From Botryllus schlosseri (Eukaryota): DNA of 64,000 bases. The position numbers and the translations under genes were made by a program. Shown here piece after piece: positions 25,994 to 38,060 of this stretch (position 1 is its first letter; every line of letters begins with the position of its first letter). The stretch covers positions 28,522,001-28,586,000 of the forward strand of contig CM119371.1 in NCBI GenBank assembly GCA_051294905.1, in the 5' to 3' direction. The notes below the pieces were generated by a model. That model had not been told where the DNA came from. It saw nothing but the letters and a program-made list of their open reading frames with translations, and made no database searches.

Positions 25994-26758
25994 CAGTGTT
26001 GGGATGACTCGAGTCAACTTTTTCGTATGACTTGACTTGACTCAAGTCACTTAGGAAAAATTACTTGACTTGACTCGGAGCTTCAAAAATGTGCATTGAC
26101 TCGTGACTCGGAGCAAAATTTACGAGTCAATTTCAAGTCATTACGTAAACGGTGTCGAATAAATCACTGCATCTTGTGTATGCTCGGATTGTTTTGTCAG
26201 ATCACAAATAAATTGACCGCAAACTAAACGATCACGGCTTACGTTGTCGTAGCAGTAGTAGTAGTAGTAGAAGATAAATCTAAAGTAAATAACAACATAT
26301 CTCTGCTTCTTAGACGGCTCAATGCTTACGTTGCGCAGTGCTCACCTATACCAGCCCTCTTGTATGATTTAAGCCGAATAAATATGGTTTGTGCGTTAAT
26401 GTTCTCGCGGAAGTGTTATCACTTTGTTTCAACTTCTGGAAGCTTCGTATTAGGTTCTCTATTTTGGCTTATAATAACTGACTGTAGCATGTAGCTGTGC
26501 AGTTACTCACGTATTTCATTATCAGTTCTACTTGTGCGTGAGGGATGCAACGTCTCTTTGCATGCATAGTTACCTATCGTTATTTGATTCAAAATAAATG
26601 ATCAATTATTCTGTGTTTCACGCAGCTAGCAAAATTTAATGACTCATACTGCGAAAATTCAATTTGACTCGAGTCACCTTTGAAAATCGATCGACTTGAC
26701 TTGACTCAAAATCTGCAATAACTCGTGACTCGAAGGTAGTGACTTGATCCCAACACTG
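25994..26758. mobile_element. hAT-type MITE rich in GACTCGAGTC/TTGAC repeats
   Basis: TIR CAGTGTTGGGAT...ATCCCAACACTG; the paralogous duplicated unit has an empty site at ~30965. Confidence 0.8.
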
Positions 26759-27513
26759 AATCCTGCCGTAATCAACAGCAAGTATGATACGCCATGATTC
26801 AAGAGAATCTGCGAGATTCGTCGCTAAACCTACTTGCGTCAACGTCTGAAATATACTCGTATTTCATGAGTAATCGATGTGTCTTGAGAAGATCTCACAC
26901 ACCCGGGAGAACAGGAGCTCAAGGTTATCAAGCCAGTCAGATAAACCCGTATTACTTTGATCAACTCTCAAAAATAGAATCTCTCTTGGAAAGCATTCAA
27001 ACACAATCCAATCAAATGATTTTATGTAACAAATCATCAATAACGAAATGCAACAAGTATTCAAGAACAAAATGTACCGTACAATCGAGAACGAAATTAA
27101 CTTATTGAACAAGAGTTAAAAGGCCAAAGGCCACAAACTTGAAAAGACTAACATTCAAGCAGAAACCTTATAACCAGTTCATGAACCAAGAGTATCAATA
27201 ACCTAACATTTGTTGTCACAAAATTTCCATTCATGGTTATTGATACTAATACACAATAGAATTGGTTCATACAATTCAATTCTATGATATATCATATCCA
27301 AGATCGTTCATGCTACTATGATGCGTCTTCATATGTCGCTTGAGGTGTTGGTGTAGACGGAATTGTCCTTGACAAACAAAATATATGGTTTTTGACGCCT
27401 GCGTGAATATGCATATGACGCATCAGATTATGTTTTTGACGAAATTATTTTTCGCATATATAACATTTATGTTTATTTTTACACCAGAATGCACATCCAT
27501 ATGATCCTTGAGG

Positions 27514-29664
27514 TTACTTTTGAAATGATATTCCTTCCCATTTGTCACATTTACGGTCTTTGGTGGTACCAATATGGGTATCCATACGACCCTTGAGTTG
27601 ATATTTTCGACGAAATTCTTTCACACAATCGATGGTTTTGTCGCCAGCATGAAGCAGATCCTTATCAACCTTGAAGCCACCGCCATGAGCGAATCCTTTA
27701 CCACAGATATCAATTTGATGAATTTTGTTGAAATCATCCATATCATATATATGATTTGTTGTTTGATTGTTTATGCTACTATGATGCGTCTGAATATGTT
27801 GCTTCAGGTATCGGTTTAGACGAAATTCTCCTTGACAAATGTCGCATTTATATTTTTTGACGCCTCCATGTGCGTGACTGACCATATGACGCGCCAGACT
27901 ACGTTTCAGACGAAATTCCTTTTCGCATATATAACATTTATGGTTTTTGACACTAGAATGCACCTCTATATGGTCCTTGAGGTTACTTTTGGTACGAAAT
28001 TCTTTTCCACATTCATCACACTTATACTTTTTGGCGCCTATATGGATATCCATATGAGACTTGAGTGTCGATTTCTGAGTAAATGTTTTCTGACATATGT
28101 GACATTTATGCTCTTCGATACCATCATGCATATCCATATGAGCCTTGGGGTGACGATGCGTCTTCATATGTCGCTTGAGCTGTTGGTTAAGACGAAATTC
28201 TTCTTGACAAATGACACACCTGTAGTTTTTGACGCCTGCATGAATATTCATATGACGCATGAGATTATGTTTTTGACGAAATTCCTTTTCACATACATGA
28301 CATTTATGGTTTTTGACACCAGAATGCACAGCCAGATGACCATTGAGGTTACTTTTGAAACGGAATTCCTTTCCACACACATTACATTTATGTTTTTTGG
28401 CACCACTATGGATATCCATATGACACTTGAGGTTCGATCTTCGAGTAAATGCTTTTTCACAAATGTTACATTTATGCTTTTTGATGCCATCATGCGTATC
28501 CACATGACCCTTGAGATGATATTTTCGATCAAATTCCTTCAAACAATCATGGGTTTTCTCGCCAGCATGCAGGAGATCCACATCATCTTTGAGACCACTC
28601 TTATGAGCGAATCCTTCACCGGAGACATCACTTTTACGAATTTTGTTGAAATGATGCAGATCCACATGTTTTCTACTTATATCCCATTTATGCTTTTTAA
28701 CGCCAACATGGCTATTCTTATGAAGTCCGAGTTCACTCATTGAGGCATATGCTTCGCCACATATATCACATTCATAATCATTTTTTACACCATGCCAAGT
28801 CATGTGATGCTTGAGCTGCCGAAAGTCACCAAATTCAATTCCGCAGATCTCACATTCACATTTTCTGACCCCATAATGTATCTTCATATGAACCTTGAGG
28901 TTATATTTCCGAGAAAACTCTCGCTGACATACATCACATATATGCTTTTTGCTGTCACCATGTATTACATCTTTATGACGCTTGAGATTACTTTTACGAC
29001 AAAATTCTTGACCACATTCATCACATTGATGGTGTTTGACGCCAGCATGTAATACATCTTCATGACGTTCGATGTTATTTTTGCTACTAAATTCTCCTCC
29101 ACTTTCATCACACTCATGGTGCTTGACGCCAGAATGTAATACATGTTCATGACGTTTGATGTTACTTTTTTGACTAAATTCTTTTCCACTTTCATCACAT
29201 TCATGGTGTTTGGAGTCAGCATGTAATACATATGCATGACGTTCGATGTCGCTTTTGCGTCTAAATTCTCTTCCACATTCATCAAATTGATGGTGTTTGA
29301 CGCCAGCCTGTACTACCTCTTCATGATGTTCGATGTTACTTTTACGACTATATTCTCTTCCACTTTCATCGTGTGAATGGTGTTTGACACCAGCATCGTG
29401 CTCAAGCATATGACACTCAAGGTGAAATCTCCGACAGAATTTTTTCCCACAGTCAGGACATTCATGCTTTTTTAGTGTGACACCAGCATGTATCTCCATA
29501 TGAAGCTTCAGGCTACTATTATGATAAAATCTTTTTCCACAGGTGTAACATTTGTGAATGTTGATGCAAAAATGCATACGCATATGCAACTTGAAGAAAC
29601 TTGAATGAAGTTCTTCCCCACATATTTCGCATTTTCGTTTTTTGACGCCAGGATGCATATCCAC
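27514..29664 (-). CDS. Multi-C2H2 zinc-finger protein, long type 1 (~15 intact fingers; 3' frameshift)
   Basis: 716-aa ORF of CxxC...HxxxH units with H(A/S)GVK(N/K)HKC linkers; finger-like sequence continues out of frame to ~27300. Confidence 0.88.
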   Translation of the reverse strand: MDMHPGVKKRKCEICGEELHSSFFKLHMRMHFCINIHKCYTCGKRFYHNSSLKLHMEIHAGVTLKKHECPDCGKKFCRRFHLECHMLEHDAGVKHHSHDESGREYSRKSNIEHHEEVVQAGVKHHQFDECGREFRRKSDIERHAYVLHADSKHHECDESGKEFSQKSNIKRHEHVLHSGVKHHECDESGGEFSSKNNIERHEDVLHAGVKHHQCDECGQEFCRKSNLKRHKDVIHGDSKKHICDVCQREFSRKYNLKVHMKIHYGVRKCECEICGIEFGDFRQLKHHMTWHGVKNDYECDICGEAYASMSELGLHKNSHVGVKKHKWDISRKHVDLHHFNKIRKSDVSGEGFAHKSGLKDDVDLLHAGEKTHDCLKEFDRKYHLKGHVDTHDGIKKHKCNICEKAFTRRSNLKCHMDIHSGAKKHKCNVCGKEFRFKSNLNGHLAVHSGVKNHKCHVCEKEFRQKHNLMRHMNIHAGVKNYRCVICQEEFRLNQQLKRHMKTHRHPKAHMDMHDGIEEHKCHICQKTFTQKSTLKSHMDIHIGAKKYKCDECGKEFRTKSNLKDHIEVHSSVKNHKCYICEKEFRLKRSLARHMVSHAHGGVKKYKCDICQGEFRLNRYLKQHIQTHHSSINNQTTNHIYDMDDFNKIHQIDICGKGFAHGGGFKVDKDLLHAGDKTIDCVKEFRRKYQLKGRMDTHIGTTKDRKCDKWEGISFQK

Positions 29665-31632
29665 ATGAAACTTGAACTGAACTTACTAAATGATTTACTA
29701 TATATAGCACATAGCAACTGTATGAAGAAAACAATGTTACCTGAAATATACCAACGAATCAACTATTAGCGGGCAAAGAAAATACAGAGTTAACTGGCAA
29801 AAGCAGACTGACATCATACGATGAAATAGAGAATGTCTCATAGAACATAGGCAAATACATGAAAAAGATGTAGCTTTGGACATGAGCAGCTTAGATCAAT
29901 ATATCAGGAAGCACAGCTATTCAGACAATCAAGTTCATCATTCATAGTACTGGTTACACTTTCATACTGGTCGAATGAAGAGAAAAAATTCATGCTATAG
30001 AGTAAAGATTGTGAGAAGCCCTGACAAGTTGCAGTTCTTGTGAGGTGTGAACCAGAAACTATGGCCAGACAAAATCAAGTATTTGGCTTATTTGAGTATT
30101 CGATTACCAGCTATCATGATACAATACCAGTAGCAATGATTTACCAAGTACATAATAATACGTACAGAATTCTGAGCGCATGATTATTTTTCAATACTTC
30201 ATGACCATCATCCGAGTCAATCAACACTTGACAGAATTGTCGTTGCATGTAAATTAGTAGTCTTTCACAAGCATACTTTTAATAATCACCACAAAGTCAT
30301 TGTATTCCAACTTATTTTAGGAACAAACATTTTCATAGCACTGGGGTTATCGCAGTATTCTGACTGCGACAGCTTTTAAGTTATCTGCATGTGTGCAATC
30401 GAAACACAAAACAAACTGTGTATTCACACTGGAGCCTAAAATGGTCGCATCACTAACATCGTGATCATGTCGTAAAAAGCTATGAATGTGAAAGAGAATC
30501 ACACGTCTGCGTGTCATGATCAACCCGAAGCAACATTGTCATTAAGTGTAATGAAATCGGTATGGTAGAAAAAAATACCAAAGTATGCCAATGTCACGGG
30601 TAACGGGCCATATGTATTTGTGGTGACATCAAAGGTGCATATTTGAACTATGACAGAGTACACTCTGTTGTGACGGCGCCGATTTCATGCCTCTCATTCG
30701 TAATTTCAATCAATTTTCAATGAAAAGAAACTGTTTATGTCAAATCAAGTGTGTAGCTCTAATTCTAATCTAATTGGGGAAAGACTGTGTAGCTCTAATT
30801 CAATTTGAATTTGGAAAAGCTTAAAATTTTCTCGTCGTTGAAGTCTGTGCCAGGCATTGTGCCAGGCATTTGCTCGTTATTATATTGTAGTGAGTCCCTG
30901 ATCGTCTAACCATGAATTTCATACCTCGTGTATTAATCGCCACGAATTCTTGCAATCGATACTACATCATGTTGTAATTTACAACAACCATGGAACGCCA
31001 TGATTCAAGAGAATCTGCGAGACTCATCGCTAAACCAATTGGCGTCAACGTCTGAAATATATTCGCATATCTTGCATAATATATGTGTCTTGAGAAGATC
31101 TCACACACCCAGAAGAACAGGAGCTCCAGGTAATGTAGCCAGTCAGATAAACCCTTATTACTTTGGTTACCTCCAAAAAATAGAATCACTCTTGGACAGC
31201 ATTCAAACATGGTCCAACAAAATGATTTCATGTACCAAGTCATCAAGAACGAAATGCAACAAATAATCAAGACCACAATGTAACACACAATCGAGAACGA
31301 AATTAACTTATTGAACAAGAGTGAAAAGGCCAAAGGTGGCATAATTGAAGAAAGGACCAACATTCGTGTTAAAATCATATAACCAGTTCAAGAACTAAGA
31401 GTACCAGAACAAAACATTTTGTAGTCACAAAATTTCCATTCATGGTTATTGACACTAGTATACACTTGAATTATCTCACACAATTCAATTCTCAGATATA
31501 TCACATCCAAGATCGTTTACGTTACTATGATGTGTCTTCATTTGTCGCTTGAGGTGTTGGTGTTGACGAAATTCTCCCTGACAAACGATACATCTATGGT
31601 TTTGACGTCTGCATGAATACGCACATGACGCG

Positions 31633-33966
31633 TCAGATTACGTTTTTGACGAAATTCCTTTTCGCATATATAACATTTATGTTTTTTACACCAGAATGCA
31701 CATCCATATGACCCTTGAGGTTACCTTTGGTACTAAATTCTTTTCCACATTCATCACATTTATGGTCTTTGGCACCAATATGCATATCCATCTGACCCTT
31801 GAGGTGATATTTTAGACGAAATTCTTTCGCACAATCGAGGGTTTTGTCGCCAGCATGAAACGGATCCATATCAACATTGAAGCAACCGTCATGAGCACAT
31901 CCTTTGCCCCCGATATCACTTTCGTGAACTTTGTTGAAATCATGCAGATCATAGATAAGATTGTTTAGGCTACTATGATGAGTCTTCATATGTTGCTTCA
32001 AGTATTGGTTGAGACGAAATTCTCCTTGACAAATGACACATCTATATTTTTTAACGCCTGTATGAATATGCATATGACGCGTCAGATTACGTTTTTGACG
32101 AAATTCTTTTTCACATATATCACATTTATGGTTTTTGACATTGGAATGCACCTCTATGTGATCCTTGAGGTTACTTTTGGTACGGAATTCTTTTCCACAT
32201 TCATCACATTTATGATTTCTGGCACCAATATGGATATCCATATGAGACTCTAATGTCGATCTCCGAGTAAATGTTTTCAGGCATATGTAACATTTATGCT
32301 CTTCGATGCCATCATGCATATCCATACGACCCTCGGAGTGACGATGCGTCTCCATATGTCGCTTGAGGTGTTGCTTCAGACGAAATTCTCCTTGACAGAC
32401 GACACACCTGTAGTTTTTGACGCCTGCATGAATATCCATATGACGTCCGAGATTACGTTTTTGACGAAATTCCTTTTCGCATATATAACATTTGTGTTTT
32501 TTGCCAGCAGAATGCACATCCATATGACCATTGAGGTTACTTTTGAAACGGAAATCCTTTCCACATACATCACATTTATGGTTTTTGGCCCCACTATGGA
32601 TATCCATATGACGCTTGAGGCTCGATCTCCGAGTAAATGCTTTTTGACATATGTCACATTTATGCTCTTTGATGCCATCATGCATCTTTATATGACCCTC
32701 GAGGTGATATTTTCTATAGTGCGTCTTCATATGTTGCTTGAGGTGTTGACTTTGACGAAATTCTCCTTGACAAACAACACAACTATGGTTTTTGACGCCT
32801 GCATGAATATACATATGACGCGTTAGATTACGTTTTTGACGAAATTTATCTCTGCATATATAACATTTATGATTTTTGACACCAGAATGCACGTCCATAT
32901 GATCCTTGAGGGTACTTTTGGTACGAAATTCTTTTCCACATTCATCACATTTATGATTTTTGGCACCAGTATGGATATCCATATGCGTCTTGAGGGTCGA
33001 TTTCCGAGTAACTTCTTTCTGACATATGTCACATTTATGCTTTTTCATGGTATCATGCATATCCATAGGACCCTCGACGGGATTTTTTCGATCAAATTTT
33101 TCGAAACAATTATGGGTTTTCTCGCCAGCATGCAGCAGTTCCATATCAACCTTGAGGCCACTCTTTTGAGCGAATCCTTTTCCGCAGACATCGCTTCTAC
33201 AAATTTTGTTTACATGATTCAGCTTCCCATGTTTCCTACGTATATCCCATTTGTGATTTTTTACGCCAACATGCCTATTCCTATGAAGTCCGAGTTCAAT
33301 CATTGAGGCATATGCTTCGCCGCATATATCACATTCATAGTCATTTTTTACACCATGCCAAGCCATGTGATGCTTGAGCTGCCGAAAGTCACCAAATTCT
33401 ATTCCACAAATCTCACATTCACATTTGCTGACACCATAATGTATCTCCATATGAGCCTTGAAGTTATCTTTCCGAGAAAACTCTCGCTGACATACATCAC
33501 ATGTATGCTTTATGCTGCCACCATGTATTACATCTTTATGACGCTTGAGATTACTTTTACGACTAAATTCTCGCCCACATTCATCACATTGATGGTGTTT
33601 GACGCCAGCATGTAATATATCTTTATGACGTTCGATGTTACCTTTACGACTAAATTCTCTTCCACCCTCATCGCATTTATGGTGCTTGACACCACCGTCA
33701 TGCTTAAGCATATGGCAATCGAGGTGAAATCTCCGACAGAATTTTTTCCCACAATCCGGACATTCATGCGTTTTTAGTGTGACACCAGCATGAATGTCCA
33801 TATGAAGCTTCAGGCTACTCTGATGATTAAATCTTTTTCCACAGGTGAAACATTTGTGAATGTTGATGCAAAAATGCATACGCATATGTGACTTGAAGCT
33901 ACTTAAATGAAGTTCATTCCCACAAATTTTGCATTTTCGTCTTTTGGCGTCAGGATGCATATCCAT
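31633..33966 (-). CDS. Multi-C2H2 zinc-finger protein, long type 2 (~20 intact fingers; 3' frameshift)
   Basis: 777-aa ORF. The tail GVKNINVIYAKRNF is a shifted reading of GVKxHKCYICEKEF, and fingers continue out of frame to ~31490. Confidence 0.9.
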   Translation of the reverse strand: MDMHPDAKRRKCKICGNELHLSSFKSHMRMHFCINIHKCFTCGKRFNHQSSLKLHMDIHAGVTLKTHECPDCGKKFCRRFHLDCHMLKHDGGVKHHKCDEGGREFSRKGNIERHKDILHAGVKHHQCDECGREFSRKSNLKRHKDVIHGGSIKHTCDVCQREFSRKDNFKAHMEIHYGVSKCECEICGIEFGDFRQLKHHMAWHGVKNDYECDICGEAYASMIELGLHRNRHVGVKNHKWDIRRKHGKLNHVNKICRSDVCGKGFAQKSGLKVDMELLHAGEKTHNCFEKFDRKNPVEGPMDMHDTMKKHKCDICQKEVTRKSTLKTHMDIHTGAKNHKCDECGKEFRTKSTLKDHMDVHSGVKNHKCYICRDKFRQKRNLTRHMYIHAGVKNHSCVVCQGEFRQSQHLKQHMKTHYRKYHLEGHIKMHDGIKEHKCDICQKAFTRRSSLKRHMDIHSGAKNHKCDVCGKDFRFKSNLNGHMDVHSAGKKHKCYICEKEFRQKRNLGRHMDIHAGVKNYRCVVCQGEFRLKQHLKRHMETHRHSEGRMDMHDGIEEHKCYICLKTFTRRSTLESHMDIHIGARNHKCDECGKEFRTKSNLKDHIEVHSNVKNHKCDICEKEFRQKRNLTRHMHIHTGVKKYRCVICQGEFRLNQYLKQHMKTHHSSLNNLIYDLHDFNKVHESDIGGKGCAHDGCFNVDMDPFHAGDKTLDCAKEFRLKYHLKGQMDMHIGAKDHKCDECGKEFSTKGNLKGHMDVHSGVKNINVIYAKRNFVKNVI

Positions 33967-34789
33967 ATAAAACTTGAACTGACCTCACTTACTTACTACA
34001 AATATATAGCACATAGCCACTCTATGAAGAAAGTACTAATATTACCTGAAATATAGCAACAAATCAACTATAAACCGCCAAAGAAAATACGGAGTAAACT
34101 GGCAAAAGCAGACTGACATTATATGACGAAATACAGAATTTCTCATAGAGCATAAAATACCAAAGTATGCTAAATGACACAGATAACAGGCCTTATGTCT
34201 TTCAGGTGACATGAAAGGTGCATGTTTGAACTTTGACATAGTATCCTACATTCTGTTGTGACGGCGCCGAATTTAAGCCTTTCTCATACGGAATTTCATT
34301 CAATTTCCAAATTGCCACGATTCAAGAGAATATGCGAGACTCATCGCTAAACCTACTTGCGTCAACGTCTGAAATATATTAGTGTCTCTTGCGTAATATA
34401 TGTGTCTGGAGAAGACATCACACACACGGGAGAACATAGCTCCAGGTTTAGTAGCCAGACATGTAAACCTGTATTACTTTGGTTAACACCCAAAGATAAA
34501 ATCTCTCTTAGACAGCATTCAAACATAATCCAACACAATGATTTTATGTACCAAATCATCAAGAACGAAATGCAACAAATAATCAAAACAAAATGTAACA
34601 CACAATCGAGAACGAAATCAACTTATTGAGTGGAAAGGCCAAAGACGACATACTTGAAAAACTAACATTCATGCAAAAACCTTATAACCAGTTCATGAAC
34701 TCAGAGTAGCAAAAACCTAACATCGTTTGTCACAAAATTTCCATTCATGGTTATTGACTTTAGTATACACTTGAATTATCTCATACAAT

Positions 34790-37102
34790 TCAACTGTCTG
34801 ATATATCATATCCAAGATTGTTTATGTTACTATGATCCGTCTTCATATGTTGTATGAAGTGTTGGCTTTGACGAAATTCTCGTAGACAAACGACACATCT
34901 ATGGTTATGGACGCCTGCATGAATATGCATATGACGCGTCAGATTCTGTTTTAGACGAAATTCTTTTTCGCATATAGAACATTTATGGTTTTTGACACCA
35001 GAATGAACAGTCATGTGACCCTTGAGGTTACTTTTTTTACGAAATGTTTTTCCACATTCATCACATTTATGGTTTTTGGCACCAGTATGGATATTCATAT
35101 GGGACTTCAGGGTCGATTTCTGAGTGAACGCTTTCTGACAAAATTCACATTTATGCTCTTTGATGCCATCATGTATATCCATATGACCCTCGAGGTGATT
35201 ATTTAGACGCAATACTTTCCCACAATCAAGGGTTTTGTTGCCAGCATGTAGTAGATCCGTCTCAACCTTGAGGCCATCATCATGGGCAGATCCTTTACCA
35301 CAGATATCACTTTCATGAATGGTGTTGAAATCATGCAGATCATACATAAGATTGCTTATGCTACTATGATGCGTCTTCATATGTTGTTGGAGGTGTTGGC
35401 TTTGACGAAATTCTTCTTGACAAACGACACATCTATGGTTCTTGACACCTGCATGAATACCCATATGACGCGTCAGAACACATTTTAGACGAAATTTCTT
35501 ATTACAAATATAGCATTTATGGTTTTTGACACTAGAATGCACCTCCATATGATTCTTGAGGTTAGTTTTGGTACGAAATTTTTTTCCACATTCATCACAT
35601 ACATGTTTTTTGACACCAGTATGGATATCCATATGGGCCTTGAGGTTTGATTTCCGAGTAAATGTTTTCTGACATATGTGACATTTATGCTTCACGAAGC
35701 CATCATGCATATCCATATGATCCTTGAGGTAACCTTTGGTACGAAATTTTTGTCCACATTCATCACATTTATGGTTTTTGACACCAGTATGGATATCCAT
35801 ATGAGACTTCAGTGACCATTTCCGAGTAAATGTTTTATGACATATGTGACATTTAGGCTTTACGATGCCATCATGCATATCAATATGACCCTCGGGGTGA
35901 CGATGCGTCTCCATATGTCGCTTGAGGTGTTGGTCAAGACGAAATTCTCTTCGACAAACGCCACACCTGTAGCTCTTGACGCCTACATGAATATCCAGAT
36001 GACGGCCGAGATTACGTTTTTGACGAAATCCCTTTTCACGTTTTTTGCCACCAGAATGCACCTCCATATGCCCATTGAGGTTACTTTTGAAGCGAAATTC
36101 CTTCCCAGATTCATCACATTCATGGTTTTTAGCACCACTATGGATATCCATTGGGCATTTGAGGGCCGATTTCCGAGTAAATGGTTTTTGCCCCTTGAGG
36201 TGATATCTTTGATCGAATTCCTTCAAACAACTATGGGTTTTCTCGCCAGCATGCAGCTGATCCATATCAACTTCGAGACCACCAATATGTGCGAATCCCT
36301 CACCGCCGACCTCATTTTTATGAATTTTGCTGAAATCACGCATATTCACATGTTTCTGAGCAAATGTTTTCCTACGTATATCCCATTTATGATTTTTAAC
36401 GCCAACATGCCTGTTCCTATGAAGTTCGAGTTCACTCATTGAGACATAGGCTTCGCCACATATATCACATTCATAATTATTTTTTAGACCATGCCAAGCC
36501 AGGTGATCCTTGAGCTGCCGAAAGTCACCAAATTCTATTCCACAAATCTCACATTCACAGTTTCTGACACCATAATGTATCTCCATATGAGCCTTGAAGT
36601 AATCTATTCGAGAAAACTCTCGCTGACATACATCACATATAAGCTTTTTGCTGCCGCCATGTATCACATCTTTATGACGCTTGAGATTACCTTTACAACT
36701 AAATTCTTGTCCACATTCATCACATTGATGGTGTTTCACGCCAGCATGTAATATATCTTCACGACCTTCGATGTCACTTTTACAACTAAATTCTCTTCCA
36801 CTTTTATCACATTCATGGTGTTTGACACCAGCATCGTGCTCAAGCATATGACGCTCGAGGTGCAATCTCCGACAGAATATTTCCTCACATTCGGGACATT
36901 CGTAGCTTTTTAGTACGACACCAGCATGTATGTCCATATGAAGCTTCAGGCTACTCTCATGATGAAATCTTTTTCCACAGATGTAACATTTGTGAATTTT
37001 GATGCAAAAATGCATACGCATATGTGACCTGAAGCTACTTGAATGAAGTTCATCCCCACAAATTTTGCATTTACGTTTTTTGACGTCAGATGGCATATTC
37101 AT
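34790..37102 (-). CDS. Multi-C2H2 zinc-finger protein, long type 3 (~18 intact fingers)
   Basis: 770-aa ORF ending in NNLGYDISDS*, the terminus that is out of frame in the other two long copies. Confidence 0.9.
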   Translation of the reverse strand: MNMPSDVKKRKCKICGDELHSSSFRSHMRMHFCIKIHKCYICGKRFHHESSLKLHMDIHAGVVLKSYECPECEEIFCRRLHLERHMLEHDAGVKHHECDKSGREFSCKSDIEGREDILHAGVKHHQCDECGQEFSCKGNLKRHKDVIHGGSKKLICDVCQREFSRIDYFKAHMEIHYGVRNCECEICGIEFGDFRQLKDHLAWHGLKNNYECDICGEAYVSMSELELHRNRHVGVKNHKWDIRRKTFAQKHVNMRDFSKIHKNEVGGEGFAHIGGLEVDMDQLHAGEKTHSCLKEFDQRYHLKGQKPFTRKSALKCPMDIHSGAKNHECDESGKEFRFKSNLNGHMEVHSGGKKREKGFRQKRNLGRHLDIHVGVKSYRCGVCRREFRLDQHLKRHMETHRHPEGHIDMHDGIVKPKCHICHKTFTRKWSLKSHMDIHTGVKNHKCDECGQKFRTKGYLKDHMDMHDGFVKHKCHICQKTFTRKSNLKAHMDIHTGVKKHVCDECGKKFRTKTNLKNHMEVHSSVKNHKCYICNKKFRLKCVLTRHMGIHAGVKNHRCVVCQEEFRQSQHLQQHMKTHHSSISNLMYDLHDFNTIHESDICGKGSAHDDGLKVETDLLHAGNKTLDCGKVLRLNNHLEGHMDIHDGIKEHKCEFCQKAFTQKSTLKSHMNIHTGAKNHKCDECGKTFRKKSNLKGHMTVHSGVKNHKCSICEKEFRLKQNLTRHMHIHAGVHNHRCVVCLREFRQSQHFIQHMKTDHSNINNLGYDISDS

Positions 37103-38060
37103 ATGAAGCTTGTACCGACCTCACAAAATGATTCACTACATGTAGCATATAGCGACTCTATGAAGAACGTAGTAATATTACCTGAAATATAGCAACAAAT
37201 CAACTATTAACCGGCAAAGAAAATACGGAATCAACTGGCAAAAGCAGACGGACATCATATGATGAAATACAGAATGTCTTATAATGTAGCTGTGGACATG
37301 AGCAGCTTCGATCAATATATCAGAAAGCACCGCTAGTCAGACAATGAAGGTCGTCATTCATAGAACTGGTTTACTTTCATACAGGTCAAATAAAGAGAAA
37401 AAATTCATGCTAGAGAGTAAAGGCCGCGAGAAGCACTGGCAAGTTGCGGTTCTTGAGAGGTGTGAACTCAAACTATGGCCAGACAAAATCAAGTATTTGG
37501 GTTGTCTGAGCATTCGAGTACCAGCTATCATGACGCAATACCAGTAGCAATGACCCACAAAGTACATAATATTACGTGAATTTATCCAGGTCACAAGGAA
37601 ATTGATGCCATCTACACGCCACACGAAATGATCTTGCAGTTCTGAGAGCATGATTATTTTGGAACATTTCGTGACCATCATCCGAGTCAATCACCACTTG
37701 ACAGAATTGCCGTTCCATGTAAATTAGTAGCCCAAGTCTGCAACATGAATACTACAGGAATGAATAATCACAATGCATTATCTGTATTTCAACTTAAATT
37801 AGAAACAAACGTTGTCTTAGTACTGGGTTTATCGTACTATTTTGACTGCGATAGCTTTACGAGTCATCTGCATGTATGCGATTTACAATTGATCCTTAAA
37901 TGGTTGCATCAAAACATCATGATCAAGTCGTTAAAAGTTACGCATGTGAAAGAAAATCACATTTCTGCGTGTCATGATCAACCCAAAGCGTTGTCACAAG
38001 GGTTTGCCACAATGATTCGAGTATTCAAATCTGAATCGAGTAATAATTTAATGATTCGAG

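Noticed and set aside
26794..27112. Recurring short ORFs MIQENLRDSSLN... (also 31000 and 34357)
   Set aside because: Stops and frames differ between the duplicated units; they are best explained as duplicated downstream sequence of the ZNF genes.
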